Part shown: positions 37,181 through 46,130 of the stretch, piece after piece
Layout of the letters: each line of letters starts with the position of its first letter
How positions within the stretch are numbered: position 1 is the stretch's first letter
NCBI GenBank assembly: GCA_037129895.1
Contig: JBAXUB010000001.1
Location: 18,947-82,946, forward strand
DNA from: Candidatus Tayloriibacteriota bacterium
Lineage (GTDB): Bacteria; Patescibacteriota; Minisyncoccia; Phycocordibacterales; PALSA-1337
Length of the DNA stretch: 64,000 nucleotides
Direction of reading: 5' to 3'
The notes under the pieces: model-generated
What the model was told of the DNA's origin: nothing
The model's input: only the letters and a program-made list of their open reading frames with translations
Database searches by the model: none
Made by a program: the position numbers and the translations under genes

Positions 37181-37265
37181 TGCGCGAGAGAGGACTTGAA
37201 CCTCCAAGCCCATAAGGGCACATCCACCTCAAGGATGCGTGTCTGCCAATTTCACCACTCGCGCG
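37181..37265 (-). tRNA. tRNA-Leu (GAG), class II with long variable arm
   Basis: GCGCGAGTGGTGAAATTGGCAGACACGCATCCTTGAGGTGGATG...GGTTCAAGTCC...CTCGCGCA. Confidence 0.9.
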
Positions 37266-37282
37266 TCTTTTTGTCAACTACA

Positions 37283-37957
37283 TTAACCCTCAAGACTCTT
37301 TAACGTTCTTACTATAGCTAATATAGCTTCAAATTTCAACTTCTTTCTAGTTAAATACAGAATCTCTCCACCCATGTATAAATGAGTCATAATCTTTTCC
37401 GCTTCACTTTTAGCGTATTTTAATTGGAAACATGAACTATTTTTGCTTTTTGTAACATGACCTTTGACGTTGATGCGATTCAACAGTTCCCATCTTATCC
37501 AACTTAGAAACACTGGACTTGCCGAACAAAATCCTAAATACCAAAGGAACGATACTTTCCACCGCCTATCATAATATGAATGTATATAACCATCTCCATC
37601 GAATACACCACGAAGAAAATGAAAGAAGTACTCCGAGGGTATCGCTATCTCTTTTAATACTTTAGACTTCGCAGGGCCAATACCAATCTGAAGTAGGAAC
37701 TTAACAAAATTTACGTCGCCAATTTGGATCCGATAAGTGTGACTGAACTTATAACCACTATAATTGTGACCAATGTTGCTGTGGATATTCAAACATCTCA
37801 TAATGTTTCTTATTTGTTCGAAATCCTTTGAGACAAAAGATACATGCCTCCTATCTCCATATACACACCCATCTGTAACAAATAGTCCGATAGCATATGC
37901 AAAATTTGCTGACCACTCGATTTTTACTTTTCCTTTTGGTTTTGGTCCTCTTTTCAT
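37283..37957 (-). CDS. Free-standing two-motif LAGLIDADG homing endonuclease, directly 5' of tRNA-Leu
   Basis: Motif 1 FAYAIGLFVTDGCV; motif 2 FLRGVFDGDGYI. Confidence 0.85.
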   Translation of the reverse strand: MKRGPKPKGKVKIEWSANFAYAIGLFVTDGCVYGDRRHVSFVSKDFEQIRNIMRCLNIHSNIGHNYSGYKFSHTYRIQIGDVNFVKFLLQIGIGPAKSKVLKEIAIPSEYFFHFLRGVFDGDGYIHSYYDRRWKVSFLWYLGFCSASPVFLSWIRWELLNRINVKGHVTKSKNSSCFQLKYAKSEAEKIMTHLYMGGEILYLTRKKLKFEAILAIVRTLKSLEG

Positions 37958-38062
37958 AATGTTTTGTTAATCAATTATTAACTTTATGTACTCAAAAAAC
38001 AGGCCCTATTGGCTCTGTCTTTTGTTATTATTGAATTTTCTTGTCGTATCGGGAGGAACTTG

Positions 38063-38503
38063 TTATTTCTTCCCCTCTTCTACAGTTTCTTTCTTTTCTT
38101 CTATAACCGGAGCTACACCATCTGTACTAACAACCTTCTCCTCCCTAACCGCCATGATGCGACGCATCTGGTGACGAATCTCCTTGGCAGCCTTCCTGCG
38201 GATGAAGTATAGTTTACCGCGGCGAACCTTAGACCTACGAATAGTCTCTATCTCATCGATCATAGGAGAATACAATGGGAATATGCGCTCTACTCCGACA
38301 CCATCAATAACTTTTCTAACAGTGAAAGTAGCGCCAGCTTGGTGGCCATGTTTGGTAGCCAAAACTAGACCTTCGAATGCCTGAAGACGGAATTTACCCT
38401 TGTCTTCCTCAATCTTCTGCCATACACGAACGAGATCACCTGAACGAATGTCCATTTTCTCGCGTTCAGCTATATTTGCAGTTGTAATTACCTTGGTAGC
38501 CAT
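38063..38503 (-). CDS. rplS: 50S ribosomal protein L19
   Basis: ...FEGLVLA...FTVRKV.DGVGVERIFPLYSP... with a lysine-rich C-terminal tail. Confidence 0.9.
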   Translation of the reverse strand: MATKVITTANIAEREKMDIRSGDLVRVWQKIEEDKGKFRLQAFEGLVLATKHGHQAGATFTVRKVIDGVGVERIFPLYSPMIDEIETIRRSKVRRGKLYFIRRKAAKEIRHQMRRIMAVREEKVVSTDGVAPVIEEKKETVEEGKK

Positions 38504-38518
38504 AGTGGGAATACATTA

Positions 38519-39277
38519 TCACAAGGGCAGCTTTAAATCAAATTTTGAAACCGCTTTCTTGAAATCGGTAGGTAATGGGGCCAAGACTTTGATCTTCTTA
38601 CCTTTTGTATCGGTAAACTCTATAGAATATGAATGCAGGGCCAATCTCTCGAAACCAAGGGCCATAAGTCGTCTCGGTGCGTACAAACTATCACCTACCA
38701 CTGGATGATTGATAGCGCTGAAATGCACACGTATCTGATGAGTCCTGCCCGTCTTTGGTTCTACTTCAACAAGTGAGAACTTCTCATTATCAGTTTCAAA
38801 ATTCACAATACGCGTCCAATAAGTTTGAGCTTCTCTGATCTCCCCTCTCGCTGTTGGGTATGCTGACCACTTTCTAAAATCACTATTACTCCTCCCTATC
38901 GGTCTGTCGATCGTTCCGAACTCTTCTTTCATCTCTCCCCAAACAAAAGCCAGATATTTCTTGGCAATTGTTCTATCTTTGAATTGCTGTTTCAGACTCG
39001 CGTGGCCCGTTTTTGTTTTTGCAATGATGATCACTCCGGAAGTTTCTCTATCCAATCGATGAACTATACCCGCTCTGTTCAATGGATTACCTTCAGAATC
39101 ATTCATCGGATCTCCAACATTCTTGGCCTTTGGATAATTTTCCAATACCCAATCAGCGAGAAATGGCCCCTCGTTCTTGCCATCAGAATGCACCATTAGA
39201 CCGGCTGGTTTACTGACAACCAGACAGTCCTTGTCCTCATATAGGACTTTGATGCTATTTAGCAGTTTCTTGCTCAT
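38519..39277 (-). CDS. RluA-family pseudouridine synthase (start at internal Met MSKKLL)
   Basis: LVVSKPAGLMVH and HRLDRETSGVIIIAKT catalytic Asp motif. Confidence 0.85.
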   Translation of the reverse strand: MSKKLLNSIKVLYEDKDCLVVSKPAGLMVHSDGKNEGPFLADWVLENYPKAKNVGDPMNDSEGNPLNRAGIVHRLDRETSGVIIIAKTKTGHASLKQQFKDRTIAKKYLAFVWGEMKEEFGTIDRPIGRSNSDFRKWSAYPTARGEIREAQTYWTRIVNFETDNEKFSLVEVEPKTGRTHQIRVHFSAINHPVVGDSLYAPRRLMALGFERLALHSYSIEFTDTKGKKIKVLAPLPTDFKKAVSKFDLKLPL

Positions 39278-39385
39278 ATCATGAATATACGCTAATCTAT
39301 TAGCGTATACAAGCGCACTTAGCTGTCTTGGTAGGTAAAGACCAAACCTAGTGGTGCACAGAGTATATTTAAAAACAAAACACAT

Positions 39386-39458
39386 GCGCCCTTAGCTCAG
39401 TTGGTAGAGCGACCCCTTTACACGGGGAAGGTCAGGAGTTCGAATCTCTTAGGGCGCA
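39386..39458 (+). tRNA. tRNA-Val (TAC)
   Basis: GCGCCCTTAGCTCAGTTGGTAGAGC-GACCCCTTTACACGGGG-...GGAGTTCGAATCTCT...AGGGCGCA. Confidence 0.9.
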
Positions 39459-39513
39459 CAATTCTATATTTGTCTGCTATAATTCATAGTACTTATTATA
39501 AGTACCTATAATT

Positions 39514-40620
39514 ATGAATACAAAAAAATCACTTTCAGTTGTCACAGTAATTGCTGCTTCATTAGTTCTAACACTGATCACTACGAAACCAGCAACGGCA
39601 CAACTAGGACTCCCTTCTATTTTACCTATCGTACCGATATCATTTTCATTCCAGTCAAATCTACAGTACGGCGAAACAAAATACCCGGATGTGAATTATC
39701 TGCAGACATTTTTGAATCAGGATTCCAGAACAGCTGTTAGTGATGCTGGCCCAGGATCGATGAATGAATTAACTTCATATTTCGGCCAAAAGACAAAAGA
39801 AGCTGTAATGAGATTCCAACAACTTTTTGCCGCCGACATACTAGCACCGGCCCATCTAACTCAACCAACCGGAATATTCGGACCACTTTCTAGAGCAAAG
39901 GCCAATAGTATACTATCTAGTCAACGAAGTGACCTGACGAATATTCAACTACCTCTAGGTATCAGTACCCCATTTTCATCTGGTGAATCTTTCGGTCAAG
40001 CACGACCTATACTATCTCCATTCAATGTTGGAACTGCTTCAGGATCAAGTTCCGGCTCAGTTGGTGGCATATCATCCCCTATTTCAGGCCTTACTGGCTC
40101 AACAGGCGGCACCTCTGGTAGTAGTGGTTCATCTGGAGGTGTTGGAGCTGGCATAGCAGGTGGCCTAGCAGGAGGAGTGATCGGTGGTGCAGCTGGAGGA
40201 TTGACTGGTGGTCTCACTGGCGGCCTCACAGGGAGCGGATCGACAGGTGGAGTCACTGATGCAGGAAATGACCCGGCCTCACAAGATCTATTTGATTATC
40301 AAACTGGCGGAAGCAGTAGTGGAACTAGTGGCGGAATGACTTCATATTTTGGAGGGCGAATAACAAGGGTAACATATTGTTGCACTGGTGATATCGCTCT
40401 CGATATTATGCCCGTAGGTAACGGTGGACAGCTTACACTTCTATTCCAACAGGGACAAAGTAAACTTTATGAGAGCTACAATATTTTCATTTCTGGAGCC
40501 AATGTTCTAGGTAGCTATTCACAAGGTGGAGGCGGATCGTGTGAGACACTCGATTCTGAGTGTGAATCAACAGTGAGCACACGCGGCACGATAAAAATGA
40601 TCGGTACTTCAGCTATATAA
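39514..40620 (+). CDS. Secreted Gly/Ser-rich repetitive protein (signal peptide, GGLTGG repeats, Cys-containing C-terminal domain)
   Basis: Signal TKPATAQ. Low-complexity G/S repeats. The antisense Pro-rich ORF is a mirror artifact. Confidence 0.6.
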   Translation: MNTKKSLSVVTVIAASLVLTLITTKPATAQLGLPSILPIVPISFSFQSNLQYGETKYPDVNYLQTFLNQDSRTAVSDAGPGSMNELTSYFGQKTKEAVMRFQQLFAADILAPAHLTQPTGIFGPLSRAKANSILSSQRSDLTNIQLPLGISTPFSSGESFGQARPILSPFNVGTASGSSSGSVGGISSPISGLTGSTGGTSGSSGSSGGVGAGIAGGLAGGVIGGAAGGLTGGLTGGLTGSGSTGGVTDAGNDPASQDLFDYQTGGSSSGTSGGMTSYFGGRITRVTYCCTGDIALDIMPVGNGGQLTLLFQQGQSKLYESYNIFISGANVLGSYSQGGGGSCETLDSECESTVSTRGTIKMIGTSAI

Positions 40621-40627
40621 GAATTAT

Positions 40628-40665
40628 TGTCCCCTCGGTTGGAATCGAACCAACATCAACGGCTT
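40628..40665 (-). repeat. 38-bp direct duplicate of the 3' half of tRNA-Arg(TCT), an att-like scar
   Basis: tgtcccctcggttggaatcgaaccaacatcaacggctt is identical to 40694..40731. Confidence 0.8.
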
Positions 40666-40695
40666 CATGTTCCTGTAGGATATCTAACGTATTTG

Positions 40696-40767
40696 TCCCC
40701 TCGGTTGGAATCGAACCAACATCAACGGCTTAGAAGTCCGCTGTTCTATCCATTGAACTACAAGGGG
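40696..40767 (-). tRNA. tRNA-Arg (TCT); the anticodon stem has one A-G mismatch at 31-39
   Basis: CCCCTTGTAGTTCAATGGATAGAAC-AGCGGACTTCTAAGCCGT-TGAT-GTTGGTTCGATTCCAAC-CGAGGGGA. Confidence 0.75.
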
Positions 40768-40820
40768 ATAGCACACCAACAAGTTAACACAAATCGGAGC
40801 GACAGACCAATTTCTGGACA

Positions 40821-41150
40821 TCATCTGGACGGATCACCAACGATTACTGGATCACTAACTATCGAGGTCCGGTTGATCTTGTGTTTTACTTGTAGAGCAA
40901 CAGCCTCATCCAATGCACTCTGTTCGAATGGTAATTTTGCTACTGCGGATTGTATAGAAGCGTCATTCACACCAGAAATCGTAGTCTGATATATCGAGTA
41001 ATCAAAGAATACAAGTCCAATCGTCAATAAACATGTCCCAACAACTATGAACACCCAATCGATGTGCGGATCTCTACTCAGATAATGCTTGTTTGTTGGA
41101 ATTTTCATCATATTGATTTTACACCACTTAGATTGAAACCGAGTGACCAC
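40821..41150 (-). CDS. Small membrane protein, last gene of the pilM-N-O cluster (possible PilP-like)
   Basis: Single TM VFIVVGTCLLTIGLVFF; operon position after the pilO-like gene. Confidence 0.4.
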   Translation of the reverse strand: MVTRFQSKWCKINMMKIPTNKHYLSRDPHIDWVFIVVGTCLLTIGLVFFDYSIYQTTISGVNDASIQSAVAKLPFEQSALDEAVALQVKHKINRTSIVSDPVIVGDPSR

Positions 41151-41653
41151 ATGGTTGATGACTTACCATCAGCAGGACCTATCGCATCGAAACGAACCCC
41201 GTCGATAAATACTTTATACGCCATATTTTCTGCCAACATCAACGTCTTGAAAACCGATGACCATGATCCTTGAGCTGATACCCTCGCACTCATATAACCA
41301 TTGACTGCCAAATCCCCTTCCGCTGATGCCATATTATCTATCGAACTTATCGCTATCGTACTGCCAGATGCACTCCCTAGAGATTCCAGACTTTCGATAA
41401 AAGAGATGGAGGCATCAGGCTGTATGAATTCTTGATAGAGTTGATTCCAGCTATTTTCGACATTATCATTCAGATTCTTGATCTTTGCTGCTTCATTTTG
41501 CATAGCTATCAATGACCCGGATTCTGCTCTCGCATTCACCGTATCCTGTGTCATACTCGTGATCGCAAACTTCATATAGGAAAATATTGAAGCGACCAAG
41601 ATAGTAACTGTTATAGAGAGAGTCAAGAGAAAGATATGATGAGTATTTTTCAT
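41108..41653 (-). CDS. pilO: Type IV pilus assembly protein PilO-like
   Basis: N-terminal TM plus coiled-coil periplasmic domain, after pilN. Confidence 0.55.
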   Translation of the reverse strand: MKNTHHIFLLTLSITVTILVASIFSYMKFAITSMTQDTVNARAESGSLIAMQNEAAKIKNLNDNVENSWNQLYQEFIQPDASISFIESLESLGSASGSTIAISSIDNMASAEGDLAVNGYMSARVSAQGSWSSVFKTLMLAENMAYKVFIDGVRFDAIGPADGKSSTMWSLGFNLSGVKSI

Positions 41654-42198
41654 GGTGTTTGATCGTTAGTTACCGAAAGAGAAAATGAAATATTCTTGCT
41701 CTTTGCCAACAATGAAACTGGAACATCTACTTTATTACCCAATTTGCCGAGGATCAGCTTGTTCTTCAATGCCAACAATTCCTCGCGATTGGGTGACATA
41801 CCGACGATAGTCGTAACCACGGTTGTTGGAGAAGTTCTCGCTACAGATATAGAAGTGATCGTAGACTTACCTCTGGCATCTAGAATACCTTTCACTATAC
41901 TCGAATACTCCGTCTTACCTTTCGGTGAGCTTGCCAAGATCTTGATGATATTTGCCTTCTTCAATAAGTCAGACTTGGAATTACTCTTCCCGCTTTTTTC
42001 TGCTGCCGCCTTGAGAGGTGCGAGCTCTGCATATGCAGCACTCTTGTCCAAAGCAGCATGAATGAACGATGGCAACAGTAACACTGCTCCTATTATGAAT
42101 GCGGTAGAAATCATGAAGAGAAATACGATGAAAGCACGTATCCTATATTCATGACGCAGTGACTTCCTCAATGTTATTGGTATCAATGTGTGTCTCAT
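41650..42198 (-). CDS. pilN: Type IV pilus assembly protein PilN-like
   Basis: Short cytoplasmic N-terminus, one TM, periplasmic domain, directly downstream of pilM. Confidence 0.55.
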   Translation of the reverse strand: MRHTLIPITLRKSLRHEYRIRAFIVFLFMISTAFIIGAVLLLPSFIHAALDKSAAYAELAPLKAAAEKSGKSNSKSDLLKKANIIKILASSPKGKTEYSSIVKGILDARGKSTITSISVARTSPTTVVTTIVGMSPNREELLALKNKLILGKLGNKVDVPVSLLAKSKNISFSLSVTNDQTP

Positions 42199-42202
42199 AT
42201 AT

Positions 42203-43138
42203 TTATAGATCCAATGCCAGACCAGCTACTACGATGTAATCTAGCGACTCGACTTTTGGTATATTCGGTGTGTACGAATCTAGATTCAATGAATTCTGCC
42301 AAGTGTTAGCGATACTCACAGGACACTTGTCTTTCTCATTGAGAGAAGCAGCTATCTGATCTTCGAACTCCGGTGCCCTACTGCCAGCAAGCAAGATCTC
42401 GTCTATGTGTCCCCCGGGTCTACTAGACCAGTATGTTAGTGAATGGTTTATATTTTGCGCCAATGAATTACCATCGCCATGACCGACCGTAGAAGTGAAA
42501 CAGACTACGCCTGCAGAAACTATATATATACCTATCTTACTTTTCATTACATGTACAACCATGGACGTCTTCTTCGGATCACAACTCAATGCCGCTCTGG
42601 CGATAGACTTTGGTGCAACTTCGAAAGCGACTGGGAAGACACCGGCGCTCTGTAGCAACGAGATCTGCTTTTCCACATAAGTACGCGGAACGACTGATAC
42701 ACTTGCGCGCAGTATTCCTTCGGTGACTTCAATCGGCATGAGATCAAAATAGAAAACGGCATCTTTCGCCAACAATGGAACGTTCTCTTCCAACTTGAAT
42801 TCGATGTTCTGCGCAATATCCTTCTCACTCTCTCCTACAACATCTGTCTGGAATAGATAAGCCTTTTCTTCTGGGATAGAGACACTGACATAATTGAGAT
42901 TATTCTTTTCATCAAATTTCTTCAATAGATCGACGAACACCACTTCGTTCTTTATATCACCACCCAATATAGTATCGTCCGGCAATAATACCTGATCATA
43001 TTTACTGATGATTTGGCCACGGGAACTCGGAGAATATTGTAGACAACGTATAGCGTCATCAGATATCTCCAATCCGGCAAATCTCATGGACATATATTTT
43101 GGTGGAGGAAACGCCTTGAAGAACAATGACTGATGCAT
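42203..43138 (-). CDS. pilM: Type IV pilus assembly ATPase-like protein PilM (actin/FtsA fold)
   Basis: About 300 aa in a PilM/FtsA-like arrangement, followed by pilN/pilO-like genes. Confidence 0.65.
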   Translation of the reverse strand: MHQSLFFKAFPPPKYMSMRFAGLEISDDAIRCLQYSPSSRGQIISKYDQVLLPDDTILGGDIKNEVVFVDLLKKFDEKNNLNYVSVSIPEEKAYLFQTDVVGESEKDIAQNIEFKLEENVPLLAKDAVFYFDLMPIEVTEGILRASVSVVPRTYVEKQISLLQSAGVFPVAFEVAPKSIARAALSCDPKKTSMVVHVMKSKIGIYIVSAGVVCFTSTVGHGDGNSLAQNINHSLTYWSSRPGGHIDEILLAGSRAPEFEDQIAASLNEKDKCPVSIANTWQNSLNLDSYTPNIPKVESLDYIVVAGLALDL

Positions 43139-43195
43139 GTCACATATTATACAGCAGAGATCAATTATTGGATATTGGAAAACTAATTGTACTTG

Positions 43196-43813
43196 CTACA
43201 CCTTTTTCAGAGATTTCAAGTATTCTTGAACGACCTTATAGACTGCAGGAGCAGCTGAGATAATGATGATAACCAATACTAGCGGGATGATATACCTGTC
43301 TGGATTTGGGACGACTGATCCAAAGACGTAACCAATGAGCAACATTCCCCAAGTCCATATGAATCCGCCGATCAGATTATATGTGAAAAAAGTCTTGTAT
43401 TTCATATTCCCTATTCCAGCGACGATAGGTGCGAATGTACGAATAGCTGGGATGAATCTCGCGATGATGATAGTTTTTCCTCCATGCTTTTCATAGAATT
43501 CCTGCGCACGTATGATGTATTTCTTATTGAAAAATAGAGAGTCCTCTTTATTGAATATCGCTGGCCCAACTTTCTTGCCAAATGCATAGCCAGTACTATC
43601 ACCGAGCACTGCTGCGATAAATGTAAATATGAGTAATATGATTATCGGCAAATGCCCTTGTGAAGCGAGGTAACCAGCAGTAACCAACAATGAATCACCT
43701 GGAAAGAAAAATCCAAAGAATGCACCAGTTTCCAAATATATAATAGCGATAACACCGATCACACCGAGTGTCGATATTAGAAATTGTGGATTTAGTAAGT
43801 CGGTTATATTCAT
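43196..43813 (-). CDS. DedA/SNARE-associated family membrane protein
   Basis: ...GDSLLVTAGYLAS...ARFIPAIRTFAPIVAG... pattern. Confidence 0.75.
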   Translation of the reverse strand: MNITDLLNPQFLISTLGVIGVIAIIYLETGAFFGFFFPGDSLLVTAGYLASQGHLPIIILLIFTFIAAVLGDSTGYAFGKKVGPAIFNKEDSLFFNKKYIIRAQEFYEKHGGKTIIIARFIPAIRTFAPIVAGIGNMKYKTFFTYNLIGGFIWTWGMLLIGYVFGSVVPNPDRYIIPLVLVIIIISAAPAVYKVVQEYLKSLKKV

Positions 43814-43820
43814 ACTTTAT

Positions 43821-44267
43821 CTATGCAGCTATAGTTCCTGCAGGAATCGTATCGTTCGGTTCAAGTAGAGAAAAACCGCCTTCTGGAGTTGATACAGCAA
43901 AGAGCATGCCATTACTATCAGAACCTTTGATCTTACGAGGTTCTAGATTTGTAACAAACATGCAAGTCTTGCCGACGAGGACAGCAGGATCTGGATATCG
44001 TAAGGCTATTCCAGAGACGATTTGCCTCGGAACATTTACGTACTCTTTGATAACCTCAGTTGTCGGGGTCACGGTATTTGCCTCTGTAGGACTTACCAAC
44101 ACCTTATCCACAGGAGCTGATACCTCACCCTCTTTCTTTACTTCAACTTTTTCGCCAAAATCAACCATGAGTTTCAGTAGTTTATCTGTATCAGGGATTT
44201 TCTCAGCTGATAATATTTTACCAGCCCGAATCTCTACTTTCTTGAATTCGTCATATGAAATAGACAT
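43821..44267 (-). CDS. Stand-alone tRNA-binding domain protein (CsaA/Trbp111/MetRS C-terminal type OB fold)
   Basis: FKKVEIRAGKILSAEKIPDTDKLLKLMVDFGE...GMLFA pattern of the EMAP/tRNA-binding domain. Confidence 0.7.
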   Translation of the reverse strand: MSISYDEFKKVEIRAGKILSAEKIPDTDKLLKLMVDFGEKVEVKKEGEVSAPVDKVLVSPTEANTVTPTTEVIKEYVNVPRQIVSGIALRYPDPAVLVGKTCMFVTNLEPRKIKGSDSNGMLFAVSTPEGGFSLLEPNDTIPAGTIAA

Positions 44268-44299
44268 GTTTTTATTAAAATAATAATATAAATAAATTC

Positions 44300-44683
44300 T
44301 TACTGATTCTTACTACGATCTAGATAGCTCTGCAGGATGATAGCCGCGGCCGAAGCATCCGTGAGAGCCGTCTTGCCTTGCCAACGCTCAGCCTGAATAC
44401 TGCTCATGAATTCTGCCTCTAGGTATACAGTGAAGCCTCGTGCTTCGAGCTCATCTTTCAAGTCCATGCTGTCCAACAATATCTCGTTTGGTTCACCTTT
44501 GTAATTACGTGACTCACCCATCACGATCTCCTTTGTTTCGTTATCAATGGCGATCTTTTCGATCTCTTCTAATAGGGTTGGTGTATTCAAAATAACCGAA
44601 ACTGGTAAGGCAAACTCGCGTTTCTCATCTGAAACAGCTACCCCCACCCTCTTTGATCCGTAATCGATACCTAGTATACGCAT
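44300..44683 (-). CDS. ruvX: Putative pre-16S rRNA nuclease / Holliday junction resolvase-like protein YqgF/RuvX
   Basis: MRILGIDYGSKRVGVAVSD. Confidence 0.85.
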   Translation of the reverse strand: MRILGIDYGSKRVGVAVSDEKREFALPVSVILNTPTLLEEIEKIAIDNETKEIVMGESRNYKGEPNEILLDSMDLKDELEARGFTVYLEAEFMSSIQAERWQGKTALTDASAAAIILQSYLDRSKNQ

Positions 44684-44725
44684 GAATAGAGCATACCATG
44701 TTAAGTAAAATGCTATAATAGAAGT

Positions 44726-45748
44726 ATGCTTCAGCAGTCTAATGATAAAAGAGTTAAATTTCAACCGGGTGAACAAGCAAGGTTTCTCGTGCGTGTAATC
44801 AATAAACTGTGCATTACGCAGACAACTCTTGCAACCATGGCGGGCATAAGTGTTCGACGTATTTCCGATTGGAAAGCAGAAAAAAGTACGATGCCATTAT
44901 CAGTTGTGAATTTACTATCAAAAAAATCTGGACTCAACTTACCGCACGGTATTCACTACATAGATCGATATGCCCATACGAGAGCGGCCGGAAAAAAAGG
45001 TGGAAAGGCAACTATAGAGAAATACCACGGTTTCCCCGACCCAAATAGGACACGCCTTTCTGCATGGAAAAAATGGTGGGAAGAATCTGGACGAGAAAAA
45101 ACTATCACCGCATCAACAAAGCCTGCGAGAATCCCGAATGATTCTTCCAACCTGGCGGAATTTACAGGAATAATGATGGGAGATGGCGGAATTTCAAAAT
45201 ACCAAATAAGTGTGACTCTAAACAAAATTGATGACTATGACTATTCATTGTTTGTACGTAACCTTATGAATAACCTTTTCCAAGTGGTTCCTTCGTTAGT
45301 CAAAAAACTAGATGAAAAAGCACTCATTTTGAATATATCACGACTTCAATTGGTCAGATTTTGTAATGATCACCTCAATCTACCAACTGGACACAAGATT
45401 CGTCATGGATTATATGTTCCTTCGTGGATAATGAAGAAAACCGTCTATAAAAGATCATTTCTCCGCGGACTTTTTGATACTGATGGTTGTGTAGTTATAG
45501 AAAAACATAAGGTCGACAAAGTGGTGTACTCTTATGCTCGCCTAAACTTCACGTCATATTGTCCAATATTATCGAAGTCCACATTCCAAATATTGACCGA
45601 GCTTGGATATACACCGAGGGTGCGTAGAAAAGAAAGATCAATACAACTTGAAAATTATGACGAAATATGTGATTATTTCAGAGTTGTAGGAACGCACAAT
45701 CCTAAACACACGGAACGTCTGAGGAAAGTCGGAATATTCCGTTCGTAA
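44726..45748 (+). CDS. LAGLIDADG homing endonuclease with an N-terminal HTH, directly 5' of tRNA-Ser
   Basis: Motif 1 LAEFTGIMMGDGGI; motif 2 FLRGLFDTDGCVVI; XRE-like HTH near the N-terminus. Confidence 0.85.
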   Translation: MLQQSNDKRVKFQPGEQARFLVRVINKLCITQTTLATMAGISVRRISDWKAEKSTMPLSVVNLLSKKSGLNLPHGIHYIDRYAHTRAAGKKGGKATIEKYHGFPDPNRTRLSAWKKWWEESGREKTITASTKPARIPNDSSNLAEFTGIMMGDGGISKYQISVTLNKIDDYDYSLFVRNLMNNLFQVVPSLVKKLDEKALILNISRLQLVRFCNDHLNLPTGHKIRHGLYVPSWIMKKTVYKRSFLRGLFDTDGCVVIEKHKVDKVVYSYARLNFTSYCPILSKSTFQILTELGYTPRVRRKERSIQLENYDEICDYFRVVGTHNPKHTERLRKVGIFRS

Positions 45749-45757
45749 GAATCCAAA

Positions 45758-45844
45758 GGAGGAGTGGCAGAGTGGTCGATTGCACCGCTCTTGAAAAGCG
45801 GAACCTGGGAAACTGGGTCGTGAGTTCGAATCTCACCTCCTCCG
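45758..45844 (+). tRNA. tRNA-Ser (TGA), class II
   Basis: GGAGGAGTGGCAGAGTGGTCGATTGCA-CCGCTCTTGAAAAGCGG-long variable arm-GTGAGTTCGAATCTCAC-CTCCTCCG. Confidence 0.9.
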
Positions 45845-46130
45845 CAAATGATCTAAAGAAATCTCTAATAGTCCTTATAACAGGACATCGATTTTTTGAC
45901 CATTACTGAAACCAGAAATGCACAATTCCCGCCATATTTAGGATGAATACGAAAAACGTGAGCATGCAGAACATGATCAGGCCGCCGAAGGTGAATACTT
46001 CTAATACGAATTCTTTCATATATTAATAAAAGCATACAATCAATATTTTAACTACTCTGAGGACTCCCTACTATTAACTTATAAACATCGTCACGGTACA
46101 TTCCCCTGCGAGGAATGCTATAATTCTCAC

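Noticed and set aside
39996-40256. Pro-rich 86-aa minus-strand ORF
   Set aside because: It is the reverse-complement shadow of the Gly-rich repeat region of the secreted protein on the plus strand.
40627-40989. 120-aa plus-strand ORF beginning MSPRLESNQHQRL
   Set aside because: It reads across the tRNA-Arg gene and its duplicated 3' half. The repetitive peptide is an artifact of the repeat.
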